The position numbers were made by a program, and so were the translations under genes. Positions 25,077 to 37,286 of a stretch of DNA of 64,000 nucleotides are shown here, one piece after another; position 1 is the first letter of the stretch; the number at the start of each line of letters is the position of its first letter. The DNA lies in NCBI GenBank assembly GCA_030704615.1, contig CM060731.1, positions 49,848,001 to 49,912,000 on the forward strand, written 5' to 3'. The notes beneath the pieces were generated by a model. That model was not told the DNA's origin. It saw only the letters and a list, made by a program, of their open reading frames with translations, and did no database searches. Origin of the DNA: Takakia lepidozioides. Its lineage: Eukaryota; Plantae; Bryophyta.

Positions 25077-26275
25077 CCATTGTTCTCTCGTCCTGGATCT
25101 CCATGGTATAGATAGACATCAGAGGCATCACCAGATTTTGCTCGACTTTGAGTCATGGCATATAGCTCTGCTCTCACCCCAGGAGAGTCCAACCAAGCTC
25201 ACTCTGTGCACTTATGTCTGGGGTGATCTTGGAGTTGTCTCGGAAACAACCACTGCAAGCTGAGCCACCATAGCTTCAGCCACACCCTTGCATCCAGGAG
25301 GCTACAACCACCGGAGCTTCAAGAATCTTCCAAATAACAGGGAACTACTTTCAAACAACCTGCCGACAATAAGGATCCGCTTTTGTTATTTTTCCTCCAC
25401 AAAGTTGAATTGTCATTAGTTGAGCAACTGGAGATAGAATCTAGTCAACATCACCTTATCCAACCTGTTGGACCATCAGTGTGATGGATCTGAGAAGAAC
25501 TCCTACCAGAGTCATACTTTGTCCCTTGCTTGACCTGCATGGAAACAGCACTAAAACCATACATTTTTGTTAGCTCCCACTTGTCCAAGTCATCCAATGA
25601 CCCTCTCTCCCCACCCCCCTTCTCTCTCTCGCTCTCTCTAACACGCAGTGCAACACAGCCACAAGTCAAAACTGTCTCGGATTGGGGCCTACAGCAGCAG
25701 TTCTGGAATCAACATATTAATCAACTGTCAATTCCATGTAACCGGATTGGCTGTGCACGCACTATCGTGTTGGGAGGTTGAGTTTGTAATCCCGGGGGGA
25801 AGAAACCCACAATTGCCAGGGACAATGCCGACTGCTGCTCTGCAATCATCCAGTGACAGTACTGCAATATGTGCCATTTTTTGGTTGCTAAGTGAGCTCA
25901 TATTACTTAATCTGTTGGACATTGCCGCGGCATTCCATGGGCTTTACCCGCGCCATATCATTACTCTCACACGGAGGTATAAGCTAGTGGGTCATCAAAA
26001 GAATTACATCCAGAGAGGCTCCGGCCGCAGACAGAAGCAAAGAATCACACATTCATACCTTCCTTTCGTATTCTCGGAGGCTGGTGACACATGATGGCCA
26101 CAGCTCGCAAGGGCTGCGGCCAAGCATTGCAGAGCCGGACGCCCATCCGCCAACTGCAGCACGATGGTGCAAGGCCTCCACCCTGCTCACGGTAGGGCGA
26201 ATACAGGGTGTTGGCTATGGAGCTTCCATTCCCCGTGCAAATGTGCAATTGCGAGGCTGTGGTTGAAGCACCCAC
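25077..26275 (-). pseudogene. Decayed leader exons of PPR copy 2: exon 1 ending 26059, PDF exon 25534-25455 with three stops, exon 3 ending 25077
   Basis: Exon 1 ends LRAVAIMCHQPPRIRKE G|GT. Exon 2 reads LW*EFFSDPSH*WSNRLDK|GT. Exon 3 reads ...PGVRAELYAM...HGDPGRENN GG|GT in phase 2. Confidence 0.75.
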
Positions 26276-26459
26276 TGGTGGTATACTGCATGTAAGGTTC
26301 GAGACATGTTCCCCAACATCACATACTACCTATCATCGAGCGGGCAAAACGAGATAGACGGATAATATACAAGCTTCCCGGCACATGTTGCTGTGAGCGT
26401 GGATTTGGTTCTCGCATGCGGAGAGATGACGCAAGCTTATCGTGAACGCTTACAGGAAA

Positions 26460-27970
26460 GCCACAACCGACGCGCTGTATTCTCCCTGCAGTGAATGGGC
26501 GGGAACTTCACATGACGACAGATGATAGGAGCTGGAGCTGGAGCTGGAGCTGGAGCTGGAGCTGGAATGAGTAGCCAAATTGGCAATGGCAAGCCACAGA
26601 TCGTTCCTAGTGATGGCTATCACGCCTCCCCAGCTTCCAGGGATACCCAACGGAAGTAAGTCTTGCTGCATCTCGTCCCAGAACAAACTATCTAGCCACG
26701 GAAGAATGTAACGGACACCCTTGTCCTCCTTATTTCAGTTCCTTCAGTATCTGCTTTAGATATCTGGGAGTTGTGCCAAATTTATTCATGTACACATTGC
26801 ATGACAGATAGAGATGGGCCCTTACTATTACTGTGGTCTTGATCCACAGTGCTTTTGGTGAATTCCAACCGGGTTCCCCAAAAGTGAGAACTTTGCTCTC
26901 CATGGCAATCTGCTGCAAGTTCTAAGAGATGCTTTGATCTCGAAGGACTGTGTACAAAGATATGACAGTATTGTCCAGGGCTCTCTGGAGCACTGCAGAA
27001 CAACTAGTGGTAGTCACACACACGGGTGCATAAAAAGAGAGATGTACTCAGTAACCGTTTCCGCCAACGTTAGCTCTGAGGTACTCTTGGCGAGGGCATA
27101 GTCCAGCAGTGTATGAATACGTCCTGTCTCCTTACCCAGTGTTGGGGTTTCTGCACAGCAGAAGTAAGGAACCACCGATCGCGCACAGCCGACGGGGATT
27201 TGGAGCTGTCACAGGGCCTTTAGTATTGATGTCAGGGCTTGTGTAGGCATCATGCTAGACAGCCCTATGTTAATTCCAGCACTAATGCTCCAGCTCCCAA
27301 TTACACTCAGATATAGATCTTGTGATTGACATACCAGTCACACTGTACTTGAGGCCTGTGTTAGTTTTCCTCGATGACACTCTGACAATTGAAGCTTCTA
27401 GGAATGGATGTTTTAGTGGTCTTCTTCTAAGCAATGATCAAAGAACTCTCTGGCAGGAGTTCTTCGCAGATCCTTCACAATGGTGAGACAACAGTTTTGA
27501 CAAGGTGAGCCTATCTTCATTTAGTATGCGAAAGAGTTTTATCATGGAGGGGTTGCTATCGAAGCTGGCATTATGTTATTCTTGGACTTGGTTGGATTTC
27601 CAGTTGCTTGGATTGAAGACAGTTTGGCTCTTTTTCTTGAAATAACAGAGGAACCAGTTGCTACTATTGCTTTCAGGAAGGTTGTTCCTGGTCAGCAATG
27701 CTGCACTAATGTCGCTCCAGGGTGTTTTTCTGTATTTGAAACACGGTTGGAGCTCCTGTGGTAGGTTGTGATTGAGAGGTGAGGCTGCTCAGCTGCGTAT
27801 TAGTGGTTGTGACCGAAAACTCCACGATCACCAGAGTTCAGACGCAGTGCACAAAGGAGGTCCCTTGATTGAACCCTTCATGGGTGAAAGCAGAGCTTTC
27901 ATCCGTGATACAAGGTCAAGCAGGTATTAGTGTGAAAGTACACCACAGTTCCAGGCCAAGATTACTATAG
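26460..27970 (+). pseudogene. Decayed leader exons of PPR copy 3: exon 1 ending 26655 with a (GAGCTG)6 expansion, PDF exon ending 27504, exon 3 remnant about 27815-27970
   Basis: Exon 1 ends FLVMAITPPQLPGIPNG A|GT. Exon 2 reads LWQEFFADPSQW*DNSFDK|GT. Exon 3 remnant reads TPRSPEF...WVKAELS. Confidence 0.75.
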
Positions 27971-28097
27971 GTACTGTTTTGATGATGATTTAAGGGTTTT
28001 AATTCAGACAAACAGGTTTCTTGATGTATCTTACAGTCTTTGAGATACATTATGAGTTTGACAATAATCATTTATAACAACGTTTTAATTCATGCAG

Positions 28098-30111
28098 GAT
28101 TGCAGGGTGGAGTCAGACTCAGTTGTTGGGGTCAGGTGCTTCCAGCATTACCACTTCTTGTGAAAGAGGACCACAAAAGGGAGTCGACAGGAACTCTTAT
28201 GGCAGTTGTGAGGACGCGAGGAGCTTAGGTAAGGCAGGACAATTGCGAGGGGCACTGCACATTTTGAACCGACAAGGCATGTCTGCAGACTCCAATACTT
28301 ATGTCTGTCTCTTGCAAGGGTGTATCAAAACAAAAAATCTAGAAATGGGAAAGCAGGTACAAGCCCACATTATCCAAAGTGGATTCAAACCAAACACGTT
28401 TCTACTCAACACCCTTATCAACATGCATGCTAAGTGTGGAAGCCTGGTGGGTGCACGCCAAGTGTTTGACAAAATGCCTGAACGAGATGTGTTTTCATGG
28501 ACTATGATGATGGCGGGATATGCCAAGCATGGGTGTGGTAAGGAGGCTTTGGAGATCTATGAGCAAATGATACGGGAAGGGGTGATTCCCAACAGAGTTA
28601 CGTTCATTTGCGCTCTCAAAGCGTGTTCCAGTCTAGGATCCCTGGATAAGGGAAAAGAGGTTCATGCTGACATCATCAAAGCTGGAATTGTGTCAGATAT
28701 CATTTTGGAGACTACCCTTGCGGACATGTATGTGAAATGCGGGAGTGTGAAGGATGCATGTCAAGTGTTTGATAACATGACTCACCGAAATGTAGTCTCA
28801 GACACTGCCCTTCTTAACATGTATGTCAAATGTGGGAGCATGAAGGAGGCACATCAAGTGTTCGACAATATGACTCAACGAGATGTGGTCTCATGGAATG
28901 CTATGATCTTAGGATATGCTCACCATGGATGTGGTAGGGGGGCTTTGCAAACTTATGAGCAAATGATACACGAAGGCATGACACCTGACAAGGTCACGTT
29001 TGTTTGCATTCTCAATGCATGTTCTAGCCTGACAGCCCTGGGGAAGGGCAAATTGGTCCATGCTGACATTATCAAAGCGGGGATTTCGTCGGATGTAAAA
29101 CTGGAGAATACCCTTGTGGACATGTATGCCAAATGTGGGAGCATGAGGGATGCACTTCGAGTGTTTGACAACATGGCTAAACATGATGTAGTCTCATGGA
29201 ATGTAATGGTGACAGGATATCGTCAGCATGGGCATGGTAGGGAGGCCCTCCAACTATTCGAACAAATGCAATGGGAAGGCTTGAAGCCGGACAGTATCAC
29301 CTATATGTGTCTTCTATCTGCATGTAGCCACGTGGGTCTAATGGATGAAGGCTGTCACTACTTTAATTCCATGAGTCAAGATTATGGCCTCACACCTACA
29401 GTGGAGCATTTTGGCTGCATGGTGGACCTTCTGGGGCGTGCAGGCCGACTAGATGAGGCAGAGAACTTCATAACCAAAATGCCAATTGAACCAGGTGCTG
29501 GGTTGTGGGGGACCTTGCTTTCTGCCTGCAGCATTCATGGCAATGTGGAACTAGCAGAAGGAGCTGCAAAGTGCCTTCTCAAGCTGGATCCACAGCATGC
29601 TCCAGCTTATGTGTTGCTATCAAACATCTATGCTGCAGCTGGCAGGTGGGATGATCAAGCAAAGATACGAAAAATGATGGAGGACAGAGGTGTGCGAAAG
29701 GAGGCAGGACGCAGCTGCATTGAGGTCAATAACCAGGTGCATACATTCGTTGTAGAAGACAAATTGCATCCACAAATTAAGAACATTCATGCTGAGCTCA
29801 ATAGATTGTATGGGCAGATGAAGGAGGCTGGGTATGTGCCTGACACACGATTTGTATTGCATGATGTGGAGGAGGAGATTAAGGAATTTTCTCTTGGCCA
29901 TCACAGTGAGAAGCTGGCCATTGCTTTTGGGCTCATCAGCACCCCCCCTGGGATGTCTATCCTTGTCACCAAAAATCTTCGGATCTGTGGAGACTGCCAC
30001 ACCGCCACCAAGTTCATCTCAAAGATTGTTGGACGAGAAATCGTTTTACGAGATGCCAACCGCTTTCACCACTTCCAATATGGTTTTTGTTCTTGTGGGG
30101 ATTACTGGTGA
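28098..30111 (+). CDS. PLS-E-DYW PPR copy 3 (12 repeats). The paralogous start ATG is ATT; the first in-frame ATG is 28279
   Basis: Open frame to CSCGDYW with HSEKLA and CGDCH intact. The acceptor context is CATGCAG|G ATT GCA. Confidence 0.93.
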
Positions 30112-30959
30112 AACAAGCAACTCACAGATATGAGGTTTTAAAGGCCATAATCCTCAGTACGATTGCATGTAAAGCTTCCCTCAGGCCTTCAAACTAGCAG
30201 GAGTACAGTGCTCATAAGAGCTGTAGGGCACTCTGCCATCCCAGGATGACGAGTGAAAGAACTAAAGAACAACACAGCAAACCAAAGTACTAGAATTGAT
30301 GAAATAGGCTCCTACTGCTGCGGGTGTGGACAAGTGTGTTGGGTCCACAAAAGAGGGCATCATATACATACCCTGTGAGTAACCCATCAAGCAAGATCTT
30401 TGCTGTTCTACATGCCGATCTTCTTTCTGTTGTAATTCGGAGTGTGCGTTCGACGTGGTTATAAGATTCTTCAGTGGACTAGGTTTGCTAAGACTGAAGA
30501 ACAATGGTGGCTGCAATGTCCGACATCTGGGTGAAATTTTGTCATGAGAAGCACATACCACCTCTTAGGTTTCAATCTCAACAAAGCATGACCAGTACTG
30601 CTCGTCCGGTTTCTACTATGACTTGATTCGCAGCCTGCATTTCGCAGGTTATGAACAGCTCCGTACGAACAAATGAAATGCCAAACTTTCACAAGCAAAT
30701 GACCAAAACTGATCAGTTGGGGGAGGGTAACTTCACTTATTCAAGCTTAAGGTACCTGGAAGTACTGTCACATGCCCCGAGAGGGATCATCACTGTGGGC
30801 GGCTACATTTTTGTCAGCAACCAGGCTCTTCTGCTGACAGTCAGCAATCTCCAGGAACACACAGATTCGGAGGCCCGTGCTCAGAGCAGCATCTTTCTGT
30901 AACTTCAGCAAATTGCAGATCTAGCCACAGTTCTCCCGAGTGCGCAGGGTGGGGCCATA

Positions 30960-32183
30960 TCCAGGCCACTATACATTTCGCTCTACGGTGAATGGGCGGG
31001 AAGCCTCACGTCATGCAACAGCTTAACGGGCCTGTCTGTGAAGCTGAAATGAGTATCCAGTCAAGTTTGGTGATACTACTCGCGAGCGATGGCTACGATG
31101 ACTCCCTAGCCTCCAGGGATACCGAAGGAAGGTATAAACAGCTAAATTTCTGCATATTGTGCATATTTTGCGTCTGTGAGATGTGTGCGTCGGGACGATC
31201 GCTCCAACGACCCATCCCTGATTGCACACCCAGGACAGTGGGATACAAGAAAAGTAGACCCCAATAAGCAGCCTGAAAACTACAATTCAACTTCGAGAGA
31301 TTCTCTAGGTGGAGAGCCTCATGCAGAAATGCCGCCTGGCATCTCTGGTCCTCGTAATGAAACAATTGGCTGTCTCTAAATAGGCAGGGGATTTGGGACA
31401 CAGAAGGTGGGGTAAAGACGTTGAACGTTCCCAATGCCCGTGGATGAGATGGAGGGAGATGCGCAAGCAAGTAATTGGGCTGTAAGATTTCATCCTCGTG
31501 GAGGACGAGGGAACTCGATAGAATTCGATAGAACTGCCCCTTTATTGTAAGCGGTGTGACTGATCGCCTGATGTTGAGACCTCTTCCGGTCGTGCTGGGG
31601 AAGACAGACGTCCTGGGTCTTGAGGCGGAGAGACAGTGTCCTCAAGTGGAGACGGAGAGAGACAGAAAGTCAATTGTGTGGAAAGCCTGTACCTAGCATT
31701 CCTCAATGCGACTCAGACAACTAGGGTATGGTAAGTATCCATGATCTACTGGTATTTGCAAGCAGGCCAAGCAATGAGCTAAGAACAGTTCTGGCAAGGA
31801 GGTCTGATAGGGTGAAGCTATCTTTATTCGGGACAATGAGAATTTCGCTCTTTGTGATTGCCACGAGAAGGCTGCAAAAGCCATCCTTTCTGCTGCTTGA
31901 TTGTTGAACACTGCAGTTGGAGACATGCTTCAAGCTTTGGTGGTTGTTAGTTCGGGGCATGAAGGAGGTCATGCGCAAAGCTCTGGTTGAAGTTTTTACA
32001 GAGAAGTACAAGATGACTGGACGGCAGATGTAAGCACATGAAGGAGGTCCTTTGGATTGAGGGTTTGTCAAACCCTCCTTGGGTGAAAGCAGAGCTGTCT
32101 GCCATGGTACAAAGTGGTGCACATCCTGGTGATTCTTGTAATGTTGATACATTCCAGGGAGCGCTAGGTCGACAAAACAGCAG
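30960..32183 (+). pseudogene. Decayed leader exons of PPR copy 4: exon 1 ending 31131, truncated PDF exon about 31766-31810, exon 3 32002-32183
   Basis: Exon 1 ends RAMATMTP*PPGIPKE G|GT. Exon 3 reads RSTR*LDGRCKHMKEVLWIEGLSNPPWVKAEL...NS AG|GT in phase 2, in frame with the PPR exon. Confidence 0.75.
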
Positions 32184-32354
32184 GTATTGTTTTGTGATGA
32201 TGGTTCAATCAAAGGGCCAAAAAGTTATCTGTTAAGCTTAGCAACAAAACTCCCTTCATGGAGAGGTCTTCTTTGAAGTATACAGGGGTTTCGAGATATA
32301 TGATGCGAGTTTTGAGTGTAGAAGTTTGTAATCAGGAGTTATAAGCTCTGCAGG

Positions 32355-34670
32355 ATGGCAGGGTTGAATCAGAGACGTTTGTTTGAATCAGGCACCTCCA
32401 TCACGATCACTGCTTATGGAGGAAGGCCAAGAGAGGGAGTCAACAAGAACTCTTCTAGCACTTGTGGGGATGTGAGGACACTATGTAAAGCAGGACAAGT
32501 GAAAGAAGCAATACACATTTTGAACCAACAGGGAATTTCATCAGACTCCAAAGCTTACGTCTGTCTGTTGCAGGAATGTATCAAAAGTAAAGACATAGAC
32601 ATGGGAAAGCAGGTGCAAGCCCACATTATCCAAAGTAGATTTGAGCCAAACATCTTTCTACAGAACACCCTCGTCAACTTGCATGCCAAGTGTGGGAGTG
32701 TGGTGGATGCACGCCAAGTGTTTGACAACATGCCTGAGCGAGATGTGTTTACATGGACTACAATGATGACAGGATATGCGAAGCATGGGTGTGGCAGGGA
32801 GGCTCTAGAGATCTATGAGTTAATGATAAGGGAAGGTGTGATGCCCAATAGGGTCACATTCATTTGTGTGCTCAAGGCCTGTGCCAGCTTAGAGGCCTTG
32901 GAGAAGGGCAAGAAGATCCATTCTGACATCATCAAAGCTGGAGTTGTGCCAGATATCATTCTCGATACTACCCTTGCTGGCATGTATGCTAAATGTGGGA
33001 GCATAACAGATGCTCGTCAAGTATTTGACAATATGGCCCATCGGAATGTGGTCTCATGGAATGCAATGATTGCAGGATATGGGCAGCATGGGTGTGGTAG
33101 AGAGGCTTTGGATATCTATGAGCAAATGAAATGGGAAAGGGTAAATCCTGACAAGGTCACATTCATTTGTGCTGTCAAGGCATGTGCCAGCATTGGAGCC
33201 CTGGAAAAGGGCAAAGAGGTTCATGCTGACATCATTAAATCTGGGATTGCACCAGATATCATTCTGGAGATGCCCCTTGCTGACATGTATGCCAAATGTG
33301 GCAGCATACAGGATGCACATCAAGTATTCAACAGTATGGCTGAAAGAAATGTGGTCGCAGAGACTGCCCTTGTCAGCATGTTTGTCAAATGCGGGAGCAT
33401 GAGGGATGCACGTCGTGTGTTTTGAAATATGGCTGTGCGAGATGTAGCATCATGGAACGCAATGATCGCAGGATATGCTCAGCATGGGTGTGGTAGGGAG
33501 GCTTTGGAGATCTATGAGCAAATGATACGGGAAGGTGTGACGCCAGACAAGGTCACATTCTCATGTGTTCTCAATGCCTGTGCCAGCCTGGCAGCCCTGG
33601 AAAAGGGCATAGAGGTCCATGCTGACATCAGCAAATCCGGAACTGCACTAAGTACCATTCTGGAGACTGCTCTTGTGGACATGTATGCCAAATGTGGGAG
33701 TATGAAGGATGCACGTCAAGTGTTCGACAATATGGCTCAACGTGATATAATCTCATGGAGTGTGCTGATAGCAGGATATGGTCAGCATGGGTGTGGAAGG
33801 GAGGCCCTCCATTTATTTGAGCAAATGCAACAGGAAGGCTTGAAGCCAGATACTGTAAACTTTCTATCTCTTCTCTGTGCATGCAGCCATGTGGGCCTGG
33901 TTGATGAAGGCTGTCACTACTTTGATTCAATGAGGCACAATCACGGCCTCACTCCTATGGTGGAGCATTGTGGCTGCATGGTTGACCTTCTTGGCCGTGG
34001 AGGGCAGTTGGATGAGGCAGAGGAGTTCATTAAGACCATGCCAATCGAGCCAGATGCTTCAGTGTGGGGGGCCTTGCTGGGTGCCTGCCGAATTCATGGC
34101 GACGTGGAGCTAGCAGAACATGCGGCAAAATGTCTCCTTAAATGTGATCCACAGAATGATGGAGCTTATGTGCTGCTATCAAACATCTATGCTGCAGCTG
34201 GCAGGTGGGACAATCAAGCAAAGGTAAGAAAACTAATGAAGAAGAGAGGTGTCAGAAAGGAGCCTGGACACAGCTGCATTGAGATCAATAACCGGATACA
34301 TCTTTTTTTTGTAGAAGACAAGTTGCATCCACAAATTGAGGAAATCCATGCTGAACTCAAGAGATTGTCTGGATGGATGGAGGAAGTCGGGTATGTGCCT
34401 GACACTCGTTTTGTATTGCATGACGTGGAGGAGGAAATGAAGGAAGTTTCTCTTGCCTACCACAGTGAGAAGCTGGCCATTGCTTTTGGGCTCATCAGCA
34501 CACCACCTGGGACTCCTATCTGCATCACCAAGAACCTGCGGGTGTGTGGTGACTGCCACACTGCCACAAAGTTCATCTCAAGAATTGTTGGGCGAATAGT
34601 TGTTGTACGGGATGCCAACCGCTTTCACCACTTCCAAGATGGGATCTGTTCTTGTGGGGATTACTGGTGA
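32355..34670 (+). pseudogene. PLS-E-DYW PPR copy 4 (15 repeats) interrupted by one in-frame TGA at 33423-33425
   Basis: ORFs 32355-33425 and 33429-34670 share a frame. TTT TGA AAT ATG replaces the usual F-D/E-N-M. The DYW motifs are intact. Confidence 0.85.
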
Positions 34671-35639
34671 AAGCAGAAACGTGTATGAAAAATTCTCTGT
34701 TGCTAACTTGACATGCAAGAGTGAAATTCCACTTGAAACCATTTGTGAGATTATAATAGCTGCTCGTGCAAATGGTCACATTCCAGTTTCAACAGCAGTA
34801 GTGAGTCACTAAAACCCTTATATGTAAAAGGAAGATGCGACAGAGGAGTACAAGAACCGGTTGGCCTTGGCAATGTCCTCATCAAATTATTTGGGCAGAA
34901 ACGTTGACAATGAAATGCCTAAAAGATGGAGGAACACTCCACAGTTTTTGTGTTGGAGAACTGGTCTCTCGATATGTGAAGCCTTACACTAGTTGTCCTG
35001 AAGCAGCCAGTAGTTAGATGGTCTAGCAGATGATGTGGAAAACTGTAAAAACTGAATTAGTCTAGATCTCAGAGACGTCAGTGTTGCTGCATGCTAACCC
35101 TCCCACGATGAGCCTTTGCATTTCTTTGTTCGTGTTGGCCATCTGCACACACATCGGATCTGAGTATCAGAACTATTAGCGGCAGTGATAGTGATGGAAC
35201 TTCTTGGGTGAGATTGAAATTGAGAACACCAGTGGTTGTCGAACTGTGTGCGCATTTCAGGGGACATCCTAATAAATGGCAAATCTCCAGCCAACATTGC
35301 ATCTGCAAATTTCTCGGTCACTCACTCTAATCACCATGATGAACACCACCACACACAATATGCAGAACTGAAGCTACCTTGATACTTGATACCCGCAGAG
35401 CACCCAACCGGCTTGCAGCAGACGGAGCCTGCTTCCTCAATTGTGACGCGTTTGTTTGCTTTGCTGCTCTGTAATTCTTTCCCGGTCTCGCTTCTGGTTG
35501 TAAGAGACCCGGGAGTCAGAAATTCTTGACTCATATGTCGCCCCCCAGCTCTCGTGAGCGTTATACCTGAGGCCCTGTATTCTTGTTACTGTGAATCGGC
35601 AGGAAGCCTTAGATTCTGCAAAAGATTGACGGGCCTGGC

Positions 35640-36290
35640 AAGTAGCTGAGATGGGTCTTGCCACTGTCGGCCCCAAGACCCTGGCGAGTGGTGGTGGTTG
35701 CAATGCCGACCGAGCCTCCAGAGAAAGCGACGGCAGGTGTAAAAATGTAAAGAGCTGCGGGATCCTGAATCCGTATTGTCATCATTTGTCGTTTAAGTGC
35801 GGATTCTGGTTCCACAGGAGTGTAATCGACATTCTCGGCCTCCAGATCGTTGAGTACGTGCTGTAATTCTGATGTGCTTATCATTTTCCCTTCCTTGAAT
35901 GAGACAGAGAGATAGGTGCTCCAGGGTGAGAATTAGGCCATGGCTGGGGAATAGTCCACGGAAATCTCACTGCAAAATCAAGCGGTACGAGAATTGATGC
36001 AAAATTGATAGCTCACTCCGTAGCGTGGATGTAGAGGGATAGTTACCAATGTGTGACACACTGATGTGCTCTCCCCGGAGCATCGCAGAGCAAGAATAGC
36101 CCCTTACACGGAGGGATTGATAAAGGCCAGAAATGAAATGAAATGAAATGGTGCTTTATAACGTCCGCGGAAAGCTCATAGGCCAGAGAAAGATCGACTC
36201 ATTGACCATAATCTGCGGCCGAGGCTATGACGTTGAGGGAATAATGCCCAGGTAATATCGACTATCCCGGAGTCTTTTGTGAGCTTTCTA
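35640..36290 (-). repeat. Diverged duplicate of the region upstream of the BAH-domain ORF (about 41370-41920)
   Basis: Shared LEAE.VDYTPVEPESAL peptide and collinear upstream DNA (GGAGCATCGCAGAGCAAGAATAGCCCC; CTGCGGCCGAGGCTATGACGTTGAGGG). Confidence 0.85.
36124..36187 (-). mobile_element. 48-bp retroposon 3' end with 8-bp TSD AGGCCAGA
   Basis: The insert 36132-36179 is flanked by AGGCCAGA on both sides. The paralog near 41835 has the empty site. Confidence 0.8.
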
Positions 36291-36591
36291 TCCATCAGGG
36301 TATTGAAACTCAGCCAGAAACGCCGGGTTGCTTGGGCACAGCTTACGACAATCCGGGTACAGTGAAGTGATTGCTGATGTAAGGGCTGGTACCCACGCAA
36401 AATGATCCAGCACTGTTCTAGCCATCAATCCAAGATATGTGTTGGGCTGCGATTGCAGTGCAGTCTTGGGCTCAAGGGGGGCGGGGAGAGAGAGAGATCT
36501 AGAGGTGTTAATTTTGTGGAAAGCCTGTGCGAGCATTCTTCAATAATTAAGAGAAGCTAAATGTGTTTGTCTTAGTGATATTTACATGCAG

Positions 36592-37119
36592 GCCAAGAGA
36601 TGAGCAAAGAACAGCTTTGGCAGGAGTTCTTCTCAGATCCTTCAGAGTGGTGGGACAACAGGTTTGATAAGGTGAAACTATCTTCATTTAGAACGGGAAA
36701 TATCATCTCAGTTGGTACAGAGACCCTGCAAGTCCAAAACTGACTGGATCAAATTTCTTGTGAGTGGTGACTGAAATGGTATTATGATGTGTTGTGAGCT
36801 CAATTGTATGTCAAGTCGCATAAACTAGTTGCTCTTGGCTAAAGCGAAAGCAGAGTCCCAGTTAGTTGAGAGGTGCTTGAAGCTTTGGTGGTTGTAGCCT
36901 CATCCCCCACGATGCTTTGGTTGAAGCCATAGCTGCTCGCTGCCATGGTTTTCACAGAGAAGTCCAAGATCACCAGACTTCAGAAATGCTTGCAGAAATG
37001 AGGTCCTTTGGATGGAGGGTTGGGCGATCCCTCCTTGGGTGAAAGCTGTGATACAGGATCCAACACAACCCAGTAATAGTTCCAATACCCGCGTGCATCA
37101 TGGAGCTAGTATCCAACAG
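36592..37119 (+). CDS. Intact OSB-type PDF motif on two exons (36592-36671, 36958-37119) upstream of PPR copy 5
   Basis: MSKEQLWQEFFSDPSEWWDNRFDK|RSPRSPDFRNACRNEVLWMEGWAIPPWVKAVI, with no stops and a canonical phase-0 GT-AG intron. Confidence 0.75.
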
Positions 37120-37286
37120 GTATGGTTTTGATGATCATTCAAGAATTGATACAATATTTGTAACCAGTTCATGCGGTAGCAAACCTGACCTCATGGAGAG
37201 TTCTCTTTTGAAGTGTCGAGGCTTCTAGATATCTTGTCTGAGTTTGAGTGGAAAGGTTTCTAACTAAGACGCTTGAGTCATGCAGG

